Of a stretch of DNA of 50,050 nucleotides, positions 9,201 through 19,300 are shown one piece after another. Numbering within the stretch: the first letter of the stretch is position 1; each line of letters begins with the position of its first letter. Source of the stretch: a virus (taxonomy: Duplodnaviria; Caudoviricetes); the IMG/VR virus record IMGVR_UViG_3300025676_000024, positions 1 to 50,050 of that record. One strand, written 5' to 3'. A program made the position numbers and the translations under genes. The notes below the pieces were generated by a model. That model was not told where the DNA came from, did no database searches, and worked only from the letters and a program-made list of their open reading frames with translations.

Positions 9201-11185
9201 GTACAATCTTCTAATGTACTATTATTTAAAACTTGTTCACCACCGTCACAAGTACAGCAACAACCAAGACATGTAGTTGCGTCACAGGATGTACCACTAC
9301 CTTGGAAATCACCAACACAACCCGATTCATAAACTTCGGAACATATCCCATTAGTACAACATGCACCAGTAGACACACAAATATCTGATTTTCCACACTG
9401 ACAACTTCCAACTTCTGGTGTGCATGAACCACCACCACCACTACTAGCGTGCCAAGTACCACCAAGATAGTCACATTCTGAAAATGTTAAATCTCTACAA
9501 CAATTATTTTGAGGTACTGATGGAGAATCACAACAGTTACATTGTGCGGCATTTAAACAACAAATTCCTGTTTCAATATGATAACAACAAACATCTGTTT
9601 CACAATCGGTGCCAGGTCCCATGAATATACCACCAAGGGATGAACACATTTGATTGGTGACATCTTGACATTGTTCTATTCCTTCAATACAACATGCACC
9701 AACTACAACACTATGGTCACAACAATCAACAGTTCCACAAATACCACCTTCTACTGGAACACCACCCAAAACATATTTGCAAATATTTGACGACACTGAA
9801 CCAAGTTCAGTAGAACCCACACTATCTCCAACACAAACACCATCTACACAACAAGCAACCCATTCTTCTTCACAAGGACTTGCACATAAATCTTCCATGA
9901 TGTAACAATCAATTGGTGTGGGTGTTTCTAGTTCTTCTAAGTACCATGCACCATCGTCTGTTTCTGCATCTTTATAATACAAGTACTCCCAGAAACTTCC
10001 ACCAAAGTAATTACATTCTGCTAAACCTTTTCCTTCGATGCAAACACCAGTTCCGATATAACTTCCCCAGTTGCCACCATCACTACAACAAATTCCTTCA
10101 GCAGTAAGACCACAATTTCCCGAACAATCGGAAAGCATACTCCATACTGCCATGTTCTTTTCTTCGCATATATCTTTTGTTGTATATTCTATACATTGAT
10201 TATCGCCTTGGTCATCTATGAAACAACAAGAACCGATATTTATTATCCCATCACAATCTCCATGTGATACTCCATATCCTCTAACTGTAAATGAAGCATT
10301 CCATGTAGCACCACCATCATTGCTTATGAAATTTATAATGTCTTCTGCACAGGAAAAGAATGCATCGTCTTCGTCAAAATAAACATTTGTAGGCCAGTCC
10401 CATATGTTATTACTTTCAATAACAGTTGTAAAACTAAAGACTTCATTTGAATTAAATTCACCAGTGAACCCTGCAATTCCTATTGGTGTGCTGATTTTAT
10501 ATACAGAACCATTTCGTATTTCTAATTGTATTCCTGTTCCATCGCCAGCAGTTTCTCCACCACTAATATATTCTCCACCAGTAATACCTACAATGTCAGT
10601 AGATTCTATTTCTGCTACAAATATAATATTTTCTTCTGGGTCTAGTGTCACAGTATTATCAAATGACATCATACCACCAGACTCGAAAGTCAACCCCGAT
10701 GCACTCGCAGTTCCTCCGTCAGATAGGTATAAGAATTTATCTGTGGCAAGTGTCCCCGCAGTTCCACCTTGCTTGATAGCGTCCCCACTTATTGCAATAG
10801 TTTTACTGTCTTGAGAAAGATAAACAGAAATAGAACCATCAGAAGTAATACCTCTAAACCACATTGTAGCACCAGTAACACCGTTACCTACTGTACTGAA
10901 TATAGTTATACCATCACCAAGATTAACCCCATTAACCGTCCCTGTTGCTCCTGTAATCCCTCCAACACCCTTTATTTGAACAACACTACCATCTGATAGG
11001 TTTAAATTCAAATATGGAAATTCTTTGCTAGTAGAAACAACATGAACACCAGTTGCACCAGTTGGACCTGTATTACCTGTAGCACCAGTGTTCCCTATAG
11101 GTCCAGCAACAGTCGCGCCACTTGGACCTGATGGACCAACTGCGTTAAAGTCTGGTGTTATTGAACTACTTCCGATTACTGGCAT
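6281..11185 (-). CDS. Giant Cys-rich putative tail fibre/adhesin, paralog A
   Basis: 1634 aa; MPVIGSS start, short Gly-X-Y collagen-like run, conserved ~320-aa domain, then GxCC and other di-Cys repeats; no signal peptide; late-promoter variant CATAAATA at 11216-11223. Confidence 0.75.
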   Translation of the reverse strand: MPVIGSSSITPDFNAVGPSGPSGATVAGPIGNTGATGNTGPTGATGVHVVSTSKEFPYLNLNLSDGSVVQIKGVGGITGATGTVNGVNLGDGITIFSTVGNGVTGATMWFRGITSDGSISVYLSQDSKTIAISGDAIKQGGTAGTLATDKFLYLSDGGTASASGLTFESGGMMSFDNTVTLDPEENIIFVAEIESTDIVGITGGEYISGGETAGDGTGIQLEIRNGSVYKISTPIGIAGFTGEFNSNEVFSFTTVIESNNIWDWPTNVYFDEDDAFFSCAEDIINFISNDGGATWNASFTVRGYGVSHGDCDGIINIGSCCFIDDQGDNQCIEYTTKDICEEKNMAVWSMLSDCSGNCGLTAEGICCSDGGNWGSYIGTGVCIEGKGLAECNYFGGSFWEYLYYKDAETDDGAWYLEELETPTPIDCYIMEDLCASPCEEEWVACCVDGVCVGDSVGSTELGSVSSNICKYVLGGVPVEGGICGTVDCCDHSVVVGACCIEGIEQCQDVTNQMCSSLGGIFMGPGTDCETDVCCYHIETGICCLNAAQCNCCDSPSVPQNNCCRDLTFSECDYLGGTWHASSGGGGSCTPEVGSCQCGKSDICVSTGACCTNGICSEVYESGCVGDFQGSGTSCDATTCLGCCCTCDGGEQVLNNSTLEDCTASGGTYINTACDDVPPETSCCAAAGCTDDSDCLFNGLQFCCEDGVCEVCPGELCANDNDCPDGSCCCDGVCGDLKESGIPGQCVACNGGGSCPGACCVLPNTVFAHCAHTTEEACEASGGGFHGCDSTCGILEQISCAEPADMCCCCWAGGDMCMPYWPQFGGGCGGTCYHPFSPQMCKDGPCCATLDEDTPLFLRSALLRCCEPGDNNSSPMPNCNGCIGDCLEDDMFGECFGVGGCTSCECEDMCGFTCVDGVCTEERCCGFWPSDCPGGFYCSDKCCMNHQQCCGEATSKCCHEISETCCKSEWFDGVGWEPTTCCEKPGMMFPYDDNPCNADMDPTTDIPDMIDCGCQNCHQQSGCDAWGGFWVGSSPTNGTCWCSPCHTVQGCIALGGAWVGSNNSQDPGFCDWGSCHTTGYEPCDADYLCVITDHNYCDTTTGVWTFKTNTTCRGCLIQPGETCCAHEWADGEPECCANEEILNEVLIDPGESCCLSLTGKEHECCPWYWDLDIPYDDWKNGCCPGFGEVSCCGWEERCDCAEPPNCHIVHEQCGTILGYNCIPPNICDGSGNPTVEQEPPWFGQCCTGWTKEWDCGGQTSDDPETDGNCQWTGNWMCCPTEMDCMMQDMDAVGYFTGADLCGCYYVSDNGGDCGTVEGGFWEIDGECINDGVGYCCNGTHLTRTTCCNGNWKLACHWMGNIDCDCGISTGHNDPYDLPDTGCCDGACIDTRAGGPNDGQYCCDGAIMCIDGEFYSGKGCCCKTDQVTGESYECVCCPVGDSQGLMDQKCCNNVCYDDVTQLCCGVWPDDLVIVDKTDFVCCDGAPGHICSTAGDSACCAAGCAADGGVGSVCCPQGCVPPGQVGCTQANCASQEGCGTDDWDGWGCWSPGIEEDLEERAYYSEPAVAPDNAGMDPSMPGYVPYYHSTEEPIKEKKISNTTKKQITKNSTEGISRYMVNGLCQEIYCEGNCEWPRC

Positions 11186-11218
11186 TGTTTTTATTCCTAG
11201 ATAGAATCTCCATTATAT

Positions 11219-14200
11219 TTATGTTCCGTTAGTGCATGCTGGATATGGACAACCATTTATATCACAATCAATCCATTCACACCTTCCGTCTGGAAGTTGA
11301 AGATATTCAAAATTTGTTACAAGGGGTTGAGGACCTCCGCAAGATGGGCAACCCCAACCAGCCTCCCAAGACTCGGCACAACTCAACGTGGGATGTCGGA
11401 AGGAGGATGTGAAAAGTTCGCATTCATCGAAGAGCAAATCATCACAGCAAAAAGGGCCCGCAGGAGTGTTGTGACAGCACGCCATGATGCCACAACTATC
11501 ATGAGTACAATCCACACATTCATTCACATAAGCATCGCACTCCATGTTGTACTGGATGAATTCATCGCAAGTTACATCACCACCAGCACAATTCCAATTA
11601 CAGCAATAAACTTGGTTGCATTCAATACCCAAACAACTATTTATAGAGTGCCAAACATCTGGTGCAGTGCAATCAATTGCATCAATATCTGTTTCGCAAA
11701 TTGCTCCAACTGCCCGGCAACATCTACCTCGCGGGTCTGTATCGCATATGTCATCAATGCAGGTTGTATCAACCCCGTTCCAGTATGAGGTTTCGCTCAC
11801 CAACCAACACTCGCATTGTGTTAGCATGCTACAGGATTCAATCCCATTACAACATGCTCCAATATCAGAATCATTGCAAGTACATAGAACATCAGCGCAA
11901 ATTGTACCCTCACCCATCCAAACAGAACCAGTGGTAGCATTACACGAACCCTCAGACCTAATGTCGCAATCAAAATGATGGCAACATGCGCCGAGAGGGT
12001 CATTGGGAGTTCCACAAAAAATACCTTCTACTTCACAAGTTGTGTTGTCGCCAAGGTATGTGTGGCCCTCCATTGCTTCACAAATGCACCGTTGCTCCAC
12101 GAAGCATTCGGCAGCGCACTCTGCGTCAAAAATGCCAGTATATATCTGGTTGTATATTAACGCAAGGTCATCAGAAGTCGGAGAAAACCAATAATAAATA
12201 TTTGAGCCCAAATTGGGAGTTGCGATGCTTGCCAAAAAACCCTGGTCTGCGCCATCGCCCAAACCGATAGTATATATGGTAACTCCATTAGATTTTAAAT
12301 ACGATGCCTTCTGAAGCGCGAGTTCTGAATTCGCATCTGCGCCGTCAGACAATATAATAATAGCACGATGCGAGAAGTCCTGTGCAGGACCACCGTCAGC
12401 AAATTGCAAGATAATTTCATTAAGTCCCTTAGACATCCAAGTTGAACTCATAGATTGAAGTGCCAGAACATCCACAATTAGTCCTTCATAATTGTTGTCA
12501 AGACTGTGATTTAAATAACCATGTTCCGAATATGATACAAGACCTAGGTGTTTGTCAACTTCATTAAGGTCGATGAAATTTTGAATCAATGTATTTATTG
12601 CTTCTTTAGCCGCGGGTAACAATGCCCCCATAGACCCACTCACATCAACCGTAAAAATTAAATCTATACCACTACATGGCACCGCAGGTGGACAACACGC
12701 GCCGGAAGTCGTGACCGCAACACATGGCATATCGCAATCCCCAGCGGACCATATTCCACCACTACCACATGAATTCGATGAAGAATAAGTACAACCATCA
12801 CCGCACGGATTACAACATCTTCCGCAAGGATTGGTTTCGCAAGTAGTATCATCTCCAGCATATACACCATTAAGCAATGAACACTCGTCAGGTGGGAAAA
12901 TGATACAAGGATTGTTAATAATACAACACGCGCCTTGCACATCAGTTGGGTCATCACATATACTACCATCACCGCACAGAGTGTTTATCCCCTTAAACTC
13001 ATCACCCCTAGCAAGACATATTTGAGCAGTTGTTATATAACATTCAGTTGCAGAACAACACGCACCCACATCGTTCGTTGAACACTGGGAACAATCAGTA
13101 ATACCGAGCCACTCACCGTAATACTCATCACATACACACTCTTGTAATTCTTCGCAATAATGCACGCCATTTTGGTAATAACAGCACAGTCCAATATCCC
13201 CACCACTGCAACAAGTTATATCTTCGCAAGTAGTATTATCTCCAGCATAGAAATAGTTCAAAATGTTGCAATCTGCTGAAGTAATGACGCCACACCAACC
13301 ACTCACATAATCACAACATGCACCTGTTGGGTCGGTTGGTTCTTCACAATCTACACATAAGTCTGTGCCTTCATCCCAAACTCCACCACCGGCACTACAA
13401 TCTGCTTCAAATTGGTCTGTAAGACATTGCCAATCGGCAGTGCAACAAGAACCAGTTGGTTCTTCACAATCTACACATAAGTTTGTGCCTTCATCCCAAA
13501 CTCCACCGATGGCAAGACAATCTGCTTCAATTTCTTCTGTAAGACATTGCCAATCGGTGGTGCAACAAGAACCAGTTGGTGCGGTACAGTTTTTCGCTGG
13601 ACAATGGGTATAGTCACCATCATAAGTGCCAGAAACACCACTACATTCACTTTCAGTAATTTCCGAACACTTATAATTACCCCAACAACACGCACCTGTT
13701 GGTGATGGTGTCGTGCATGTTACATCGACACACTCTACACCATCGCCTTGATATATACCACCTGCATCGATACATTCTTGTTCAGTGTATACACCACTCT
13801 CAAAACATGTTTCAGAAATACAACACGCACCATCAGTCGGTTCTGGGACAATACAGTTCGTGTTCCAACAAATCGACCCATCGCCTTGCCAGTCACCACC
13901 CTCGCCTACACACCTTGGTTTAGTTGTCATCGAACATACTCCACTATTACAACACGCACCATTTGAAGCAATACTACAGGGATTACTTGAGCAATCAATA
14001 TCATAACCTAACCAAACACCACCATGTTCATCGCGACATTCAGAACAAGTAACAGTCAAGCAATTATCTGTCACGCAACAAGCACCAAATTCTTCAACAC
14101 ATCCACCACTCACATTATTTGTACATTTTGTGGCATTCCAAACACCACCTGGTAATTCATCACATTGACAAATATCTAAATCTAAACAGTTCATACCACA

Positions 14201-16306
14201 GTGACCAGTCTGCTGCCAACAACATCCACCAATCGTATCATCTTCACAACACTCTACACCAATACAAGTAGGAGAACCATTCCAAGTATATCCTTGAGTT
14301 TTACAACTTGTTTCGGTGTCAATAATGCAATCATCTTTACCTCTACAACATGCACCAGCATCAGGCGACCATCCACATAACTCATCACTACAAGTACTAT
14401 TATTTCCCATGTATTCACCACCAAGCAATGCTACACAATTATCTTGGGTTTGATTATTAATACATTGGTTTGCATATTGGCCCTGAATACAACACGCACC
14501 TGTTGGTTCGTCTGGTTCTACGCAAAGTGAAGAAGTTCCACATTGACAATTACCACTCTCTGGGCAAGTCTTTCCTCCAATCCATCTGCCTCCAATTCTT
14601 TGACACATAGAACTGTTTAGATTTTTACAACAGTTAGAATTTTCTCTACCCGAACCACAACAATCACAAGCATTAGAGTCTAAACAGCATAATCCTATTT
14701 CATCAGTGAAACAGCAGATATCATTTAAACATTCAGTATCTGGACCCATGAATATACCACCACTCGATGTACAGTCAAATGCAGATATTACATCACAACT
14801 TGAAATTTCTGGATAACAACATGCACCTTCCATCTTACTATAATTACAACAATCCACTTCACCACATACTGCGTTTTCTACTACTTGTCCACCAAAAACT
14901 CTCTTACATATTAGTGGTGAAACTGAACCGTGTATTGTACTCCCTATCGAATCACCAATACACACACCATCTTTACAACAAAGACTTTCTATACAAGGTT
15001 CTGCACATAATTTATCATACCCCTCTGGTAATGTCATTGTGCATTCAATTTTTTCTGGTTCTCCTACTAATAACTCCCCTTCAATATCATAATAGAAATA
15101 ATTCCAGAAACTTCCTCCGAAGTAATTACATTCTGCAACTCCCGAACCTTGAATACAAAGTCCAGTGTCTTGAAAGGCGCCCCATTCGCCCCCTTCACTA
15201 CAACAAATGCCTTCCGCAGTTCTACCACAGTTCTCCCCACAAGAAATTTGCGAGGCCCAAGTTCCATTATTGAAATCTTCTTGACAAGAATTTTGTGTAA
15301 TATATTCTATACATTGTTGTGACCCATTGTCATCATTATAACAACAAGAACCAAATGTTTGTATCCCATCACACTCACCATATTCTGCACCATATCCTCT
15401 GGCAGAAAATGAAGCATTCCATGTAGAACCACCATCAGTCGTTATAAAATTAACAATATCTTCTGCACAGGAGAAGTATGCATCGCCTTCATCAAAGTAA
15501 ATATTTGATGGGAAAGTCCATATATGATTTCCATCAACTATAGCAGAGAAACTAAAAACTTCATCTGAACCAAATTCCCCAGTAAAGCCACCAATTCCAA
15601 TAGGTGTATAAATTTTATATACCGAAGCATGTCTAACTTCTAATTGTATTCCTTTACCATCTCCGGCAGTTTCTCCGCCTTCAACAACTATCCCACCAGT
15701 AATGCCAACAATATCATCGAAACTTGCAACAGAACCAATAGTTATAATATTTTCTTCTGGGTCTAGTGTCACAGTATTATCAAATGACATTATCCCACCA
15801 GATTCAAATGTTAATCCTGAAGCACTAGCAGTACCACCACTAGAAAGATATAAGAATCTATCTGTAGAAAGTGTATCCGCAGTTCCTCCCTGTTTACTAT
15901 TATCACCACTAATAGCAATAGTGTTGCTATCTTGAGATAAGTAAACAGAAACAGAACCATCAGAAGTAATTCCCCTGAACCACATTGTAGCACCAGTAAC
16001 ACCATTACCTACTGTACTAAATATTGTAATACCACCACCAAGATTAACACCATGAACTGCACCAGTTGCACCAGTTATGCCTGCAACTCCATCTATTTGA
16101 ACTATAGAACCAACGGATAGGTGCAGATTTAAATATGGAAATTCTTTGCTAGTAGAAACAACATGAACACCAGTTGCTCCAGTATGACCAGTTGCACCAG
16201 TCGCTCCAGTATTCCCTATAGGTCCAGCAACAGTAGCGCCACTTGGACCTGATGGTCCAACTGCGTTAAAGTCTGGTGTTACTGAACTACTTCCGATTAC
16301 TGGCAT
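11219..16306 (-). CDS. Giant Cys-rich putative tail fibre/adhesin with vWA domain, paralog B
   Basis: 1695 aa; N-terminal ~600 aa closely similar to paralog A; about 22 GxCC modules by hand count; vWA domain with VDVSGSM (MIDAS DxSxS) and IIILSDG. Confidence 0.8.
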   Translation of the reverse strand: MPVIGSSSVTPDFNAVGPSGPSGATVAGPIGNTGATGATGHTGATGVHVVSTSKEFPYLNLHLSVGSIVQIDGVAGITGATGAVHGVNLGGGITIFSTVGNGVTGATMWFRGITSDGSVSVYLSQDSNTIAISGDNSKQGGTADTLSTDRFLYLSSGGTASASGLTFESGGIMSFDNTVTLDPEENIITIGSVASFDDIVGITGGIVVEGGETAGDGKGIQLEVRHASVYKIYTPIGIGGFTGEFGSDEVFSFSAIVDGNHIWTFPSNIYFDEGDAYFSCAEDIVNFITTDGGSTWNASFSARGYGAEYGECDGIQTFGSCCYNDDNGSQQCIEYITQNSCQEDFNNGTWASQISCGENCGRTAEGICCSEGGEWGAFQDTGLCIQGSGVAECNYFGGSFWNYFYYDIEGELLVGEPEKIECTMTLPEGYDKLCAEPCIESLCCKDGVCIGDSIGSTIHGSVSPLICKRVFGGQVVENAVCGEVDCCNYSKMEGACCYPEISSCDVISAFDCTSSGGIFMGPDTECLNDICCFTDEIGLCCLDSNACDCCGSGRENSNCCKNLNSSMCQRIGGRWIGGKTCPESGNCQCGTSSLCVEPDEPTGACCIQGQYANQCINNQTQDNCVALLGGEYMGNNSTCSDELCGWSPDAGACCRGKDDCIIDTETSCKTQGYTWNGSPTCIGVECCEDDTIGGCCWQQTGHCGMNCLDLDICQCDELPGGVWNATKCTNNVSGGCVEEFGACCVTDNCLTVTCSECRDEHGGVWLGYDIDCSSNPCSIASNGACCNSGVCSMTTKPRCVGEGGDWQGDGSICWNTNCIVPEPTDGACCISETCFESGVYTEQECIDAGGIYQGDGVECVDVTCTTPSPTGACCWGNYKCSEITESECSGVSGTYDGDYTHCPAKNCTAPTGSCCTTDWQCLTEEIEADCLAIGGVWDEGTNLCVDCEEPTGSCCTADWQCLTDQFEADCSAGGGVWDEGTDLCVDCEEPTDPTGACCDYVSGWCGVITSADCNILNYFYAGDNTTCEDITCCSGGDIGLCCYYQNGVHYCEELQECVCDEYYGEWLGITDCSQCSTNDVGACCSATECYITTAQICLARGDEFKGINTLCGDGSICDDPTDVQGACCIINNPCIIFPPDECSLLNGVYAGDDTTCETNPCGRCCNPCGDGCTYSSSNSCGSGGIWSAGDCDMPCVAVTTSGACCPPAVPCSGIDLIFTVDVSGSMGALLPAAKEAINTLIQNFIDLNEVDKHLGLVSYSEHGYLNHSLDNNYEGLIVDVLALQSMSSTWMSKGLNEIILQFADGGPAQDFSHRAIIILSDGADANSELALQKASYLKSNGVTIYTIGLGDGADQGFLASIATPNLGSNIYYWFSPTSDDLALIYNQIYTGIFDAECAAECFVEQRCICEAMEGHTYLGDNTTCEVEGIFCGTPNDPLGACCHHFDCDIRSEGSCNATTGSVWMGEGTICADVLCTCNDSDIGACCNGIESCSMLTQCECWLVSETSYWNGVDTTCIDDICDTDPRGRCCRAVGAICETDIDAIDCTAPDVWHSINSCLGIECNQVYCCNWNCAGGDVTCDEFIQYNMECDAYVNECVDCTHDSCGIMACCHNTPAGPFCCDDLLFDECELFTSSFRHPTLSCAESWEAGWGCPSCGGPQPLVTNFEYLQLPDGRCEWIDCDINGCPYPACTNGT
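13335..13580. repeat. 120-bp in-frame tandem duplication (40-aa GSCC module x2)
   Basis: Copies start at 13335 and 13455; 11 mismatches in 120 nt by hand; encodes PTGSCCT.DWQCLT...EADC...GGVWDEGT.LCVDCEE. Confidence 0.95.
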
Positions 16307-16339
16307 TGTGTTTCATTCCTTGTAGAAGTTTCCATAATA

Positions 16340-16347
16340 TATTTATA
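16340..16347 (-). promoter_or_regulatory. T4-type late promoter TATAAATA
   Basis: Plus-strand TATTTATA upstream of the 16306 start. Confidence 0.8.
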
Positions 16348-16351
16348 TCAA

Positions 16352-19300
16352 CTATCCACAGGAATTGCCGTTTGGACATTCACCACCGACAACACCACCA
16401 TCACATGTTCCTTGATGTACCCAACAGCCACCGTAAAAGTCACAACGAGTTTCATTCATTTGGTATGCATAGTACATACCCCATCCTTGTTCAATACAAT
16501 CACCTGCTTCTGGAATCTGCCAATCATCAAATTCAGATAACCATTCAAGGCCTTTCAATTCCAATGACCAAGTATCATTGAAGCAACAACAACCATCCAT
16601 ATTAACATTCTCACAATTATTATCTAGTAAGTCTGAAGCAGAAGTACCATGATGTATTGCCATGCAAACTTCGTCAGCACTTAGCCATGGATGTGCAGGG
16701 CTGCCCTCACTACCAATCCATTCACATTGACGACCCATAGTTTCGTTGACAGCGCCTTCCCCTTCTATTCTCCAGAAACAACATGTTGACATTAATTCTT
16801 CTGTAGGATAACCACTTGGGCAAGGGTCACCAGTATCAGAACAACACAACATATTGTTCGGGTCGGTAATTCCATTATTTAAATTACCTCCTGCTAATCC
16901 TTTTAAATCAGTACCATCATGGTCACAACAACATTCATAAGGAGTCAAATCTGCTAATATAATACTACCTGTACTAATTGTTGTTGTAAAAGTTGTAACA
17001 TCCTCACCACCACATGAAATTGCATGACCAATTTGATTTAAAGTATTTTTTATTTCATTGGATGTAATTGTTTTATAATATTCTTCCACTCCATCAACAC
17101 TAGGTGTTGCTAGTTCACGCACGAAATTAAGGTCTGAATTTTCACCTGTGTTTACACCTATAGCGTAAATGATAACACCTGCTTCATCCCTTAGTTTTCG
17201 TGCTTGTTCAATCGCTGCATCTTTTTCTTCTATAGAACGCATGTTTCCGTTAGACAGTATGATTAATATTTTTCCGTGAGTTCCTTGTGTAGCACTATTA
17301 AAATTAATACCAACATATTCCAACGGTCTAGCAAGTACTCTATCTCCAATTGCCATACTGTGTATGCCTTCTTTTACTATTGCATAATTATTGGTAAGAG
17401 AAACATCCACCGAAGTGTCTGCAAACACGGAATCATTAAATCCTATTTTTTCATATGTTGAATCTAGTTGGTCTACAAACGAAGTAAGTGCGGGTTTAAT
17501 AATATTTGATAATTGGAACATCTCTATATTAGTATCAACTTGCAACATTACATTTGGACTGCTTGTTAGATTTTGTCCAACACATTCTGGCGCAAGCAAG
17601 TGATTACCACCCAAAGACGATGGAGGTCCTATTATTGGGATAGATAAACTATAATTATTAGTCGAACATCCACTCCACTTAATATGGGAGTAAATATTCT
17701 CGACACCATCGTTCATATCTGAACATGCATCTCTTGTTTTCTGTGTACAATCCCAAGTACCTTCTAGTAGTGTTCGGTAACAACACATACCCTCACATTG
17801 GTTTTCTATATCTACACTGCCTGGTTGGCATATTGGAAGGTCTTCAACATAACACTGTCCAGGTCCATCACCGTAACCAACACCTTCACATGCACAAATG
17901 TTTACATGGTTTCCACTTTCATCTACACAAGGACCGCCGCCTATTATTTGCCTCCATCCAACACATGTAGGACATGGTGGATATATTGGAAGTCCATTGC
18001 CTCCAAATAATGGGGTCCCACTTGCATCTAAACAAACACCATCAACATTAACTAAACCAGCAGGACCAGTTCCCCAATCTGCAATCCAACCATCATAGTC
18101 CCTTCCACTCTCTGGTGACCATGTACAATTAAATGGTGCATATGCGGCATCTTCATTAATTCCACCACCACCAATTCTTGAAGGTCCTGCACATCGAGAA
18201 CCGACACCCCAGAAGACCCCTTTAGTAAAACCATCCGATGCAGTAAGAGTTGAACAAATCGCAGGGGAAGTTTCATAACATGCTTCTTCCACACAACAAG
18301 CACCAATGCCTCCTTCTAGACAACAGTTTACAGCCTCACTTCCTGTACACACACCACCATCAAAGAATACACTGTTAGACTCAAACGAACATTGATATTC
18401 ACTCATTTCATAACAAGAACCCTCTACACAACAAGCACCTGTGGCTTGACAGGGTTCTGGACAACCACCTAGAATTTCAACACCAATACAAGTCTGTCCT
18501 TCAACATAGAAACCACCATAAACATTTCTACATTTATTCAAAGAGGTTTCTGCACATATTCCATTTACACAACATGCACCTTCTGAATAACAGTTTGGTC
18601 CTTCTGGTCTTGCAAGACAAGTTGTTGTATCAAACACACCACCAAGATTAGTACAATAATCTTGCGTAACATAATCTACACATCCTGGATAATCCTCCCC
18701 TACCGTACTATCAGTACAATAACAACAAGAACCAAGAGCGCTTGCACTTGAATATTGAGTATCATGTGTTGTCTTTGAATTGCTAAACACATGTGTTACA
18801 TCTGTAGAAGTTCCCAATACCGCATCGTGTGTCTGTCCCATATGAAATCCAGAATAGATTTCAGTATTACCGTCAATGTTTGTACTTATATAAGTGAATG
18901 GAACAAACGCACCAGTTTGACCAGTAGAAGAACCAACACTCGAAGTATTTGTAATTTCATCTTCACTATCGAGATTTACTGAATCTTTTGCTTCTCTAAA
19001 TGTTGTTAATCTTGCTGTAAGATTTTTCTTATCATCATCCCAGAAAGTATTTAATGAACCATGTGCAGACAACCCATCATATATGTGAAGCAATTCTCCA
19101 GTATTGCCCATAATACCATACTCGTATGTTGCTCCCCTTATTCGGATATAATAATCCGTGACACCATCTATAGAAATATCTCTACCACTTGAAGTGAGAG
19201 TTCTAAAATATGCAGTCCCGCCAGCAGTACCATTTGATTCTAAATATGAAAAAATTTCACTGTAATCTTGGTGGTTAGTATAGGTATTATCAATTTCAAA

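Noticed and set aside
13335-13580. 120-bp near-repeat as a DGR template/variable repeat pair
   Set aside because: Both copies are adjacent and coding, mismatches are not restricted to adenines on either copy, and there is no reverse transcriptase in the window.
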